Below, in pieces: positions 25,380 through 37,329 of a DNA stretch of 64,000 nucleotides. Made by a program: the position numbers and the translations under genes. The number at the start of each line of letters is the position of its first letter. The first letter of the stretch is position 1. The stretch comes from Eledone cirrhosa (taxonomy: Eukaryota): the NCBI GenBank assembly GCA_964016885.1, contig OZ024741.1, forward strand, positions 354,578,001-354,642,000, in the 5' to 3' direction. The notes beneath the pieces were generated by a model. That model was given only the letters and a program-made list of their open reading frames with translations, did no database searches and was not told where the DNA came from.

Positions 25380-25934
25380 CTAGCTGAGGTACCCGGCTTC
25401 GCCCTGGAGAACAGTTAAGAGAATACGGATAAAAGAGAAAACGACTGTATTGGATGTGTTGTCTGGTATGAGGTGAGACCGTAGTGTGTGTGTGAGTGTG
25501 AGTGTGTGAGAGAGACATAAAAAAACAATCATAAAACTTCCTTATTAGGCTGGGTGAGTAAACTGCCGATTAAATGGTAGCATTGGCCTTGAATTTTAAA
25601 TGTGAAATAACCATAGTCAGTGTGATCTTTTTACCGCATAACATTGCTTCTGAAGTGTTGCTTTGTTAGTACGGACTGTAAATAGTATATGGATAGAAGC
25701 TGGAGTGTAGATTAATTTCAAATAGCATCAATTTTTCTTTGTTCTGTAAAATGAAAGACTGTAAAACAACTTTATAAAAGCTAACGCAATATTGTTAAAC
25801 TTTCAGATGATACTTTTGTGGGACGTCACTCTCTTACTTTCTCCCTCTCTCTGAATATCTAACACTTTAATTACATCTCACTCTGTATAACGGCCTATCT
25901 CTCTCTTTCTGACTCTCCCCCTATGTCTCTCTCG

Positions 25935-25978
<44 letters not shown>

Positions 25979-26824
25979 TTTTCGTGTGATTCAACCAGCC
26001 AGCCAACCAACCAATAAACATCTTTCTTTTATCTATATATATAAAGTTGTAGTTCCTGTATGTTTGTTTGTTTGTTCACGAACTCCCCCTATGGTTTTGG
26101 AGATAGACCCCATAACCATATATATTCTGAAACTACATTGCCCAGAAAATGTTTTCTCTTCGATTTATATGAAATTTAAACCATAGGTAAATGACAAGAT
26201 ATGATGCCTATTCACAAAATTTCAGCAAATTTCAATAATATTAAGTCACCCTAATGGGGGTTAAACCCCCTTATAGTGAAAATTTTGAAAGCCCGTAACT
26301 TGAGTATTGGAACTTTGAATTTCTAATTTGAAAATAAGGCTTTACACAAAAATGAAATGATCAAGTTTTGAATCGATATTTTGAAAATAATTATTTACAA
26401 GAAACAAAATAAGAATAAGATTTAAAAATATAATTTTGATTTGATATATTACAAAAAATAATTGTTTCTACTTTAGGCACAAGGCCAGCAATTACCCAGT
26501 GCATTACTGGTACTTTATTTTATCGACTCCGTAAGGATGAAAGGCAAAGTCAACCTCGGCGGGGTTTGAACTCAGACCGTAAAGGGACGTAACTATGCTG
26601 GAAAGCATGGCGTCCGACCCTCTACCGATACTGCCAATCCACCAAAAAAATAATGTTTTCCAATTTTTCATGCATTACATTTTACATTGAGTAATATTGA
26701 AATGCAGGGTTTTTATCTATAAATTATATCATTGATTTAAAATCAATCATCATTTTCTTACAAAAAAAAAAAACTGTGTGAAACGCAGCAACGCGCGGGT
26801 ACTTCGGCTAGTATTATATATAGA
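25380..26824 (-). mobile_element. Helitron family A, inner copy (interrupted by Helitron B)
   Basis: Minus strand begins TCTATATATAATATAAAAGAAAGA and ends ccagggcgaagccgggtacctcagCTAG, between host A and T. Confidence 0.8.
26032..26811 (+). mobile_element. Non-autonomous Helitron family B (contains SINE 26460-26642)
   Basis: A|TCTATATATATAAAG...(GTTT)n...cgcagcaacgcgcgggtacttcggCTAG|T, no TSD; removing it restores cttttatattata. Confidence 0.85.
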
Positions 26825-27736
26825 TATAGAGGTTAACTTTGCCTTTCATCCTTACGGGGGTCGATAAAATAAAGTACCAGTAATGTACTGGGTAATTGCT
26901 GGCCTTGTGCCAAATCTAGAAACAATTATATATAGATATAGAAGATTGTGTGAAACTGAATCTCCACGAATCAGCCCATCGCATGTTTATTTCACGATAA
27001 ACATTAGTCCATTAAGTGAAATAAATCCTGTTAAAATGCACTTGATCACGTGTAAGTTTTCCTATTCCGTTATAAAAAATACTGAATATTATGGCCACGT
27101 GGTTAAGGAATTCGCTTCGGAAACATATGGTTCCGGATTGTCTCGCTGCGTGGCACCTGGGATAAGTCTCTTCTTTTCAGAAGCGTAACTAGGGAAAATA
27201 GTGCCGATAGCAAGCAGTGAAACTGTGCCCCTGCTCAAATTACCCATGGACCTAAACATTTATATAAATGGTCCAATGATCCAGCCACCATAGTGCTTTT
27301 TACCAATCAAAGACATCATACATCTGAAGAAGTTTCTTTTTTCACTCTCCGACGATAGCTTATCTGACTTTAATAGAAAACGCTCTTACCCCATGTGACG
27401 CCCCATTTCATGTGGAGCCCATGGTACGTGCCATGCTTGCCATACCTCATTTACACCTTTGCCTCTTCTATTGCCTCGGGCTGGCCAATGATTTTGTGAA
27501 TGGAATTTGGTAGAGGAAACAGCGGAAGCCCGTCGCGCGCGCGCGTGTGTGTGTGTGTGTGTGTGTGTAACCGTATTTACGTTTGTATCTGTGTTTGTAT
27601 CTATGTCTCGTTAGCTGGCGGTTCGACAACTAAGAGATTAATATAATAAATACCAGAGTTGAAAACGTTCAGGGGTCTATATGGATGACTAAACTAATAT
27701 GGACATAGTCGAGAGACTGAAACCACTAAAAGAATA

Positions 27737-27794
27737 AAAGGATGTAATGAAAAGGATGTAATGAAAAGGATGTAATGAAAAGGATGTAATGAAA
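27737..27794. repeat. 14-bp tandem repeat x4 (aaaaggatgtaatg)
   Basis: Directly visible. Confidence 0.9.
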
Positions 27795-27980
27795 ATATCA
27801 TGATTGTAAGTGTTTCTTAGATCCGGACATATTATTAGATCTGTGACTCACTATGTTACTCTTGATGAAGTCGTAGGGGGTGCTTTAAAACTGGCATGCC
27901 CATTCCCTCTCCATGTCTGATTACAGCGAATTTCTTCCAGAGAGATGGGGCGAGGGGGAGAGGGGGAGCGAGAGAGAGAG

Positions 27981-28005
27981 AGAGGGAGAGAAGAGAGAGA
28001 GAGGG

Positions 28006-28094
<89 letters not shown>

Positions 28095-29033
28095 GAAGTG
28101 AGAAGGAGATATAAAGGAAGAATCGACCCCTGTACTGGGCTGGTAATTTGTTTTATCGGGCCCCGAAAGGATGATAGGGAAATTGACCTCAGCGAAATTT
28201 GAACTCAGAGAGCACAGAGAAACAGAAGAAATACTGCAAAGTATTCTATCCAACATTCTAACAATTTCACAGAATCGTTAGAGCGACTTTGATGTATTTA
28301 TTCCGGCCTTTTACGTTCTGACTTTAAATCTCCTCGATGTCAATTTTACTTTTCATTCTTTAGGGTGGATAAAATAAAGTACAAACTAAGTATTACGGTT
28401 GATTTAATCGACCCCCCCCCCCCCTCTCCGCCCAAAAAACAAAAACAACAAAACAATAATAACAACAACAACAACAACAAATGCTGGTCTTCTGCCAACA
28501 TTGAAACCACTAAGAGGGGCAGTTTGGCAGTATGGAAGAGTGTCGGACAAAATCCTTTGCGGCATTTAATTACGACTTTCGATGTTCTGAGTTCCCATCC
28601 AGCCGAGGTTAACTTTGCCTTTCATCGTTTCGGAGTCGATAAAATAAAGTACCAGTCAAGTACTGAGGTCAATTTAATCGACTTTCCTTTCTCACAAATT
28701 GCTGGCCTTGTGTCAAAAATACAAATAAATATTTGCGCAGAGTACTTAATTGCATCTAGCTGCTTCTGGTTACATCTGGCTATGACTGGCTACATCTCGC
28801 TACATCTGAGTACATCTTGCAATATCTGGTAACATTTGGTTGCATATGGTTTCATCTAGCTACATCTAACTACATCTGGTTATATTTAGCTACATTTGGT
28901 TACAGTTAGCTATATCTAGTCACATCTAGCTACATCTGGTTATATCTGGCTACATATGGTTACATCTAGCTACATCTAACTACATCTAGCTATATCTGGT
29001 TACATTTAGCTACATCTGGGTATATTTAGCTAC
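27981..29033 (+). repeat. Local duplication of about 1.05 kb; second copy 34536-35568
   Basis: (GA)n + SINE remnants + 10-bp tacatct(a/g)g(c/t) minisatellite, near-identical in both copies (compare ORFs 28365 and 34896). Confidence 0.95.
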
Positions 29034-29359
29034 GCTACATCTAGCTACATCTAGCTACATCTGGCCACATCTAATTACATCCAGCTAAATATATTTAGCA
29101 GAAACAGTAAGCATTCAATTAAGAACTCCAAAACACCTAGTCTCATCTCGCTTCAGCCACAGTTTAAATTCTACTAAATTTGATATTGGAAAAATATTTT
29201 TTCAGGTCCGATAAATAGGTACCAGTGATACAATTAAGTCAATTCATTCGATTGTACAGAGAAAATTCTACTTGTAACTCATTAAAAGAAATCAATGTAT
29301 TATTGTTAGTTAGTTAGGCCATGCTCCTGGCTGGGTCCAGGCAACAGCGTCCCTCTTCC

Positions 29360-29702
29360 ACACTTCTCTGTCCATCATCGCTATCTTCAGCCCCTGGATA
29401 AATTCTAGGACTGTATCTTACTTCAGGTTGTCAATGTACGTGACATGACATCGACCATACTTCTCTGTCCATCATTGCTATCTTCAGTTCTTAGATAGAT
29501 CCCAGGCCAGTATCCTGCTTCGGATTGTCAATGTCTGTCCATCATTGCTATATTCATTTCCTTGATAGATCTCAGGCTAGTGTCCTGCTTCGGGTTGTCA
29601 ATGAATGTCACATGGCGACCACCACACTTCTCCTTCTATCATTGCTATATTCTATTACTGGATAGATTTCAGGTCAGTATCCTGCTTTGGGTTGTCAATG
29701 TG
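29360..29702. repeat. Diverged tandem repeat, 4 units of about 75-100 bp
   Basis: Recurring ctgtccatcattgctat...gatagat..cagg..agtatcctgctt.gggttgtcaatg. Confidence 0.8.
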
Positions 29703-30038
29703 TGCTACAATGATGTAGAATACTTAAAAACAAATTAACTTGTACTCGCACAAACCACGACAAAACAATTACTGTTATCATTTATCCTACAACATAGCAT
29801 CAAGAACAGTGGAAATACTATTAATTTTGGATGTGTAAGAATTTCCCGAATTTTTCTGACTAACAACGCACTTAAAAATATAATTTTTCGTGACAATAAA
29901 TTTTGTTAGATACGAAATTAATATATCAAGTGTCTAATGTAACACGACTCTCTATTTAGCCTTAATAAAATTATATATATATAAAATAATTAAGTCAAAT
30001 ATGTAAAATTTGCTTCGTTTATTATAAATTATAGATAT

Positions 30039-30093
30039 ACTGCTATATATATTTCGGTGACAGCCATCATTGGCTGTGACCTCTTCAGGCAGT
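30039..30093 (-). ncRNA. Type I hammerhead ribozyme (canonical core)
   Basis: Minus strand: actgc-CTGAAGA-ggtcacagcca atga tggctgtcacc-GAAA-tatata-TA-gcagt; stem I 5 bp, stem II 10 of 11 bp, palindromic stem III, AUA site. Confidence 0.88.
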
Positions 30094-30374
30094 CCGAATT
30101 GGTGTGGGGAAGACAGGTACACATGTTGTTGAAGTGTTTTACTCCGTCAATACATAGATATATCCAGCTCCTGGTTGTGTTGTTATCTTCTTCTGAGGAA
30201 CTGGAATCATATGGGTTAGAACAAACGAATTTCGGCGTCATAGGACACGCTCGCATCCCATTGGTCAGTTGTGAGAACATTCCTCAGTCAAAAGTCTATA
30301 GAAATTTTTCTGAGGCAAGACAATCTGTTGTAGTTGTTTTTGTTTAAGTACAGCTGACCTCCTCCATTGTGTTG

Positions 30375-30785
30375 GACAGGTTTTCTACTTCAGTTAATGT
30401 TTCAAATCTTTCAAATTTTGATATTGGTTGTAACACACACGCATTTTTTATTTTTTTATTTGTTTGGCACCCCGCATCACGTGAAATGGTGGTAGGATGG
30501 ATGCCAACCCACACACACAAATTCTTCAGAACCTAGCAGCAGCACACTAAAGCTGACCTGCCAGATGACCCCTTAACCCCACGTTAAGGGGTCATCTGGC
30601 AGGTCAGCTTTAGTGTGCTGCTGCTAGGTTCTGAAGAATTTGTGTGTGTGGGTTGGCATCCATCCTACCACCATTTCACGTGATGCGGGGTGCCAAACAA
30701 ATAAAAAAATAAAAAATGCGTGTGTGTTACAACCAATATCAAAATTTGAAAGATTTGAAACATTAACTGAAGTAGAAAACCTGTC
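30375..30785. repeat. Palindrome with 203-bp arms and 5-bp spacer
   Basis: 30375-30577 is the reverse complement of 30583-30785. Confidence 0.95.
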
Positions 30786-31007
30786 AGAATCAAGAAGTGT
30801 AAAGAATTACAATTCCTATTTTATCATCGAGTGGTGCGTTTTAAGAGCAAATGAGATAAAAGTGGAGTGTAAAACCCCATAAACCTGAGTGTCAAAATCC
30901 GGAAATGCAAAGGACTACAGTTCCTATTTCCGCATAAAGTATATATGCGTGTATGTCAACGCACATCGTTGCAAGCACACACGCACACACACAGGCTCAG
31001 GTGCATT

Positions 31008-31075
<68 letters not shown>

Positions 31076-31157
31076 AGATTTGAATGGATACAGTTTAGTT
31101 GAAAGGAATTTATTGACACGTGTTTCTATAACAGTTACATAACCTGAAAACAGCTTC

Positions 31158-31215
<58 letters not shown>

Positions 31216-31375
31216 ATATACATATATTTATACTTTGGGAGGGTCATGTTGCCAATAGGAAACACATGCACCAGTTACTTTCACTTCAATTTATTATAAT
31301 AAATTTATAAATTTATAAATTTATAAATTTCCGGTTGGTTGGTTGGTTCCACAACCAGATGGTTGTTTATATATT

Positions 31376-31418
31376 GTCAAAGTTCTTTCGTCACACATTC
31401 TGTGACCTCTTCAGTGAC
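31376..31418 (-). ncRNA. Minimal type I hammerhead (mirror copy)
   Basis: Reverse complement of 31516-31558. Confidence 0.7.
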
Positions 31419-31515
31419 TGGGGATTCTTTTCTTTGTTTTTGTGCCTCTCCTTTGTTCTGTCCTACGCCATCTTGTTTCAAAGGAGAGGCACAAAAATAA
31501 AGAAAAGAATCCTCA

Positions 31516-31558
31516 GTCACTGAAGAGGTCACAGAATGTGTGACGAAAGAACTTTGAC
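31516..31558 (+). ncRNA. Minimal type I hammerhead ribozyme
   Basis: gtca-CTGAAGA-g-gtcaca gaatg tgtgac-GAAA-gaac-TT-tgac; CUU site. Confidence 0.7.
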
Positions 31559-31929
31559 AATATATAAACAACCATCTGGTTGTGGAACCAACCAACCAAC
31601 CGAAAATTTATAAATTCCTAAATTTATAAATTTATTATAATAAATTGAAGTGAAAGCAACTGGTGCGTGTGTTTCTTATTGGCAACATGACCCTCCCAAA
31701 GTATAACAATATCGGTTTCAACACACGTTTTCAGATAAAGAATCTTGCTAAATATATATATATAAATGAAAAGTATAGAAATTATATATATATATATATT
31801 TAATACATTAACAGAGAAAACTATTAGCGATACTCCGACCAACTTCCATCTCACTCAACAAACATTAGGAAATGCCTAAGTATATTCCCAATTATACGTT
31901 TGAGGTGCTAACTATATTGTATTATGTGG

Positions 31930-32200
31930 AAAGTCGGCTGTATTATTTTATATGAGACATAATTAAATAAATCTCACTTTCCATACGATCGTTTCGTTAT
32001 AAGATTTCTACAAAGTGGGAGAAAAAGTCCAAGTTATGTAGAAGCTTGCATATGATCAACAGATTTACTTGCCAATGGGCTCTTATAACTCTTCCGTGGA
32101 ATGCCCAAGCAATATCAATATAAAAAACTACATCGATATTAATATTCAGCGATATTCACCGTCAGTGCTAGAAGAACCACTAAGTTTGAAAGTCCAGCAG
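31930..32200 (+). mobile_element. Possible very decayed Naiad-type RT remnants
   Basis: W.KKS...PMGSYNS and IDI.IQRYSPSVLEEPL resemble MG.D and FDI..YYSSI..PLL of the 12187 RT, but in rearranged order. Confidence 0.3.
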
Positions 32201-32351
32201 TCCTACAAAAAAAATTCTCACACTGTCCCCAAATGGGAAGGGGAGGTTATCGTAAAATATAAAATAATATATACGCAGGTCATTGAACCCTGTTAGGAAT
32301 CCAAACCACGCGTTAAGAACTCAACTGGATAATAATAATAATAATAATAAT

Positions 32352-32414
<63 letters not shown>

Positions 32415-32451
32415 TAATGTGTATGTGTGTGTGTATATATATATATATACG

Positions 32452-32482
<31 letters not shown>

Positions 32483-32768
32483 CATGAGAAGAAAGAAGAA
32501 TACTGCGTGGTTTGCACATGGGTTACATATGATAAAAATAGTCCTTCGTCAGTGATTTTCCAACCATCATTGGTATTTCATTGCATTAAAAATCAGATAC
32601 CTCAGGTTGGTGCGAGCAATAATCTAAAAAAAGTTATTGGGACCAGTAATCGCGTAAAGCGAGGGGGACAAGTAAACAACATAGAAGGATAAAAACAAAC
32701 CAAAGAAAGGAAATAAACAAGCAACATGGTAGTCCTGGTCAGCATAAGCTGGGTGGATTTCATGAGCG

Positions 32769-32823
<55 letters not shown>

Positions 32824-32857
32824 TAGACATTACACACACACACACATATGTATATAT

Positions 32858-32961
<104 letters not shown>

Positions 32962-33009
32962 GTATAGTATAGTATAGATATAGAAGGGCAGATCTGGCTG
33001 TATGGGAAA

Positions 33010-33290
33010 TGCCATAAATGAAAGGAAAAGGAAGGGAAAAGCAACGACACTAGGGCCACAGAAGAAAAGGGTGGAAAAGGGAGAGGGTGATCGGCTCTGG
33101 GCCTAGGCGCAGTGGTGTTGGGCTGCGCACCGCGGACAAAACTGCAAAATCATTTCCGCGGACAATGGTTTGCGGCACCCGCTGCAACAGCCACCCAACC
33201 TCACGAGGCTCCTTCCTCAGTACGGGGTCCGAGGACGCCTGAGGTTTTGACGGCGATTGGTAGGAAGAAGCAGCCGGACAATCCACGGTA
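33010..33290 (-). mobile_element. CRE-like element 3' end, related to 7620-7940
   Basis: Shared gccataaatgaaaggaaaaggaagggaa tail; encodes WLLQRV..TIVRGN..AVLSA. Confidence 0.7.
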
Positions 33291-33618
33291 TTTTGTTTGT
33301 CTTCCTGTGTCTAATTGTATAAAGAATTGTCAGATCTCAAATATCTTTCATTGATAAATACTCCTTAAAATTGACCAGATTTGATTTAATTTCGTGACAC
33401 ATTTAGATACTATCAGTGACACAATCAAGTGTGCCGGTAAATCTGTTTAGGAGCCTTGTTATATGTCAACATGATTTTATTTTGGCAAAATTATATCATT
33501 CACGTGAAGCCTTTCGTAAGTAATTGGCTAGTTATTAGAGTGAAAGTTCAATTCCTTGACCAAGTGATGTGTTGTGTCTTTGAGCAAACTTCTATTTTTC
33601 ACGTTGCTCAAGTTCACA

Positions 33619-33878
33619 CAGAGTGGGATTTACGTATAAGCTAAACAAGCTATAGCTTAGGGCTCCCACTTTCTTGGGGCCCCTAAAAAATTGAAAAAAA
33701 AACGGTGTATACATTTCCAAAATATAAGATAAAAAAGAACTAAAATGATGCAATAGTTTTAAACAGTTTTCTGCTTTAATATTGAACGTTTTGCAATTTT
33801 TATAACATGTTTATAACATATAAAGGGCCCCATTATCTCAAATAGCTTAGGGCCTCATCAAATCTAAATCCGGCCTTG
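33619..33878. mobile_element. hAT-type MITE inserted in a SINE
   Basis: Imperfect TIRs cagagtgggattta / taaatccggccttg; 8-bp TSD agttcaca/agttcact. Confidence 0.7.
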
Positions 33879-34571
33879 AGTTCACTCAAGTACAAATGAG
33901 TATAGTGGTAGCAATAGTATAGCGACACGTCCAAGTGGAAGTCTTGTACTCACAGTTGTGTAATGCCAGTGAAATCGGAATAAACCCTGGGATTTGTCCA
34001 GCCCATGCAATCAGGGAAACAGGCATGGAAAAACGGGCGTAAAACGATAACTCAAATTCATTTAAATTTTAAAAGGCTGGTAGATTAGTAGAATCGTTAG
34101 CGCATCTGACAAATGCGTAGTAGCATTTGTTTTAGCTCTTTACATTCTAAGTTAAAATCTCGCCGAGGTCAACTTTGTCTTTCATCCTTTCGAGGTCGAT
34201 AAAATAAAGTACTAGTCAAGCAATATGGTCGACTTTTTCGACTTTCCCTTCCTCAAATTACTGGGTGGTTTAATAGTATCAGTAGAGCATCAGCTATCAT
34301 GCTTTGCAGCATAGAGTTATGGTCTTTTACGTTCTGAGTTCAAATCCCGCCGAGGTTACTTTGCCTTTCATCGTTACGGGGTAGATAAAATAATGCACAG
34401 TAATGCACTGAGATAATTGCTGGCCTTGTTGTGCCAAAAGTAGAAGCATTATTAAAGTAGAAACAATTATGTCTGAAGTGATATTAAACATTATAAGTAT
34501 CAATTTGTGATAGGCATAACCAACATACTCTCTCGAGAGAGAGAGGGGGAGAAGAGAGAGAGAGGAGGGGG

Positions 34572-34626
<55 letters not shown>

Positions 34627-37329
34627 GAAGTGAGAAGGAGATATAAAGGAAGAATCGACCCCTGTACTGGGCTGGTAATTTGTTTTATCGGCCCCGAAAG
34701 GATGATAGGGAAATTGACCTCAGCGAAATTTGAACTCAGAGAGCACAGAGAAACAGAAGAAATACTGCAAAGTATTCTATCCAACATTCTAACAATTTCA
34801 CAGAATCGTTAGAGCGACTTTGATGTATTTATTCCGGCCTTTTACGTTCTGACTTTAAATCTCCTCGATGTCAATTTTACTTTTCATTCTTTAGGGTGGA
34901 TAAAATAAAGTACAAACTAAGTATTACGGTTGATTTAATCGACCCCCCCCCCTCCTCCCTCCGCCCCAAAAAGAAAAAACAACAAAACAATAATAACAAT
35001 AACAACAACAACAAATGCTGGTCTTCTGCCAACATTGAAACCACTAAGAGGGGCAGTTTGGCAGTATGGAAGAGTGTCGGACAAAATCCTTTGCGGCATT
35101 TAATTACGACTTTCGATGTTCTGAGTTCCCATCCAGCCGAGGTTAACTTTGCCTTTCATCGTTTCGGAGTCGATAAAATAAAGTACCAGTCGAGTACTGA
35201 GGTCAATTTAATCGACTTTCCTTTCTCACAAATTGCTGGCCTTGTGTCAAAAATACAAATAAATATTTGCGCAGAGTACTTAATTGCATCTAGCTGCTTC
35301 TGGTTACATCTGGCTATGACTGGCTACATCTCGCTACATCTGAGTACATCTTGCAATATCTGGTAACATTTGGTTGCATATGGTTACATCTAGCTACATC
35401 TAACTACATCTGGTTATATTTAGCTACATTTGGTTACAGTTAGCTATATCTAGTCACATCTAGCTACATCTGGTTATATCTGGCTACATATGGTTACATC
35501 TAGCTACATCTAACTACATCTAGCTATATCTGGTTACATTTAGCTACATCTGGGTATATTTAGCTACATTTGGTTACAGTTAGCTATATCTAGTCACATC
35601 TAGCTACATCTGGTTATATCTGGCTACATATGGTTACATCTAGCTACATCTAACTACATCTGGTTATATTTAGCTACATTTGGTTACAGTTAGCTATATC
35701 TAGTCACATTATTAAAGTAGAAACAGGGTGATGGATTGGCAGTATCGGTAGAGGGTCGGACGCCATGCTTTGACGCATAGAGTTACGGCCCTTGCCATTC
35801 TGAGTTCAAATCCCGCCGAGGTTAACTTTGCCTTTCATCCTTACGGGGTCGATACAATAAAGTACCAGTAATACACTGACTAATTGCTGGCCTTGTGCCA
35901 AAAGTAGAAACAATTATTAAAGTAGAAACAATTATAAATATCAATTTGTGATAGTCATAACCAACATACTCTCGAGCAAATGTCCCACTAAATGGTTATT
36001 CCAGCGTATCTCCCTTACCATCCTCCGGGGAAACGCCTTCTCCATTCTGTCCGCCGGGGCTGTGGGGTAGCCAGCACGTGGGACCCCACTTTCTCACTAT
36101 ACAGAGAGATGGAGAGGGCGAGAGAGATGGAGCGATGACGGTGGGAGTTCGGCTTTTCCGTGTTAGGACACATTGCACCTGTCATGAGCATATTATAGGA
36201 TGTAATGCACAAACTCATTCAGTACTATCATTCGGCTTTGTGAGCAAGTCTATCTATCTGTCATATTAATAGAAAACAGAATGGTTAATGCGTCACGCTG
36301 GATGATTGCGAGGGAGATGTGTTGTAAGAGCCAGTCCATCTCGCGAGGTTCGTTCTATCCCGGTCGGAGTAAGTAGGGAAGTGGTTCGACGATGTTTCCA
36401 CGGCTATCAGTAGTTTTATGATAAATCTAGCGGTTAACTTGTGACCATTAGCCTGTTGGGCAACAGATCCTGAGTCAGTATGACTTGAGAAGTTTACCAC
36501 CCTGGAATGAAAAGATGGTGATGCCGTCCGTCCTTTTTTCACAACTCTCGGTCCAAACTTACCTGTCCTACATGTGATGGGAAGCCAACTACGTACATTG
36601 AAAATATTAGCTCTTAATTAAATAGTAATTTCTTTTCCTTTTTTGGTTTTGTTTGTTGATAAGAAAGAAATGAAAGTTCACATTTATTAGTTTCTTTTGT
36701 ACAATGAAGAAGTTAGTTGCTGATGAGCCAGATCTCGCCCTCTCTGTCTTTCCCTCCATCTCTCTCCCCTCCCTCTCTCTCTATGTGTGTGTACATGTTC
36801 AATTCGGGTCTTTAGGTCTTTAGTTGAATATGTTTTGCTTCTGAAAAAGTTAGTTGCCGGTGTGCCAAATCTCCCTGACACCCTCCTCTCTCTCTCCCCT
36901 TCTCTGTGCTCAATCAACTCAGGTTTTTAGTTGAATCTGTTTCACTTCTGTTCGTTTAGAAATCGGCACGCATTGCGGAAATTACCCTCACCATTCGCTG
37001 TATTAGACTGGCCTTGTAAAATATGTAAATATCTAACCGCCACGTGATTAGTGGGACACGTTTGAAGGCAACAGGCATGAACTTTTAAAAAAGACAATAA
37101 CACTGAACCCCGATTGTCATCCAGCTTGTGCTAGTGTATGCGGATGGTATATATGTGTGTATGTATGCGCGCGTGCTGTGCATGTGTATGTGTATGAGGG
37201 GTGTGTATGTGTATGTGGTCGGCGTATATATGTGTGTGTGTATAGGCATATGTATGTAGGAGATAGGATATAAGGAATTAGGGAGCTGTCATAATTTAAT
37301 TTCTGAGACAACGAGCGATAAACAAAGAT

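Larger units (their letters stand above)
31229..31706. repeat. Inverted repeat with arms of about 225 bp and a spacer of about 24 bp, flanked by (TA)n
   Basis: 31229-31454 versus 31479-31706, several mismatches. Confidence 0.95.

Noticed and set aside
36285-36542. Weak resemblance to a LINE APE endonuclease segment
   Set aside because: Catalytic motifs not recognisable; needs a profile search.
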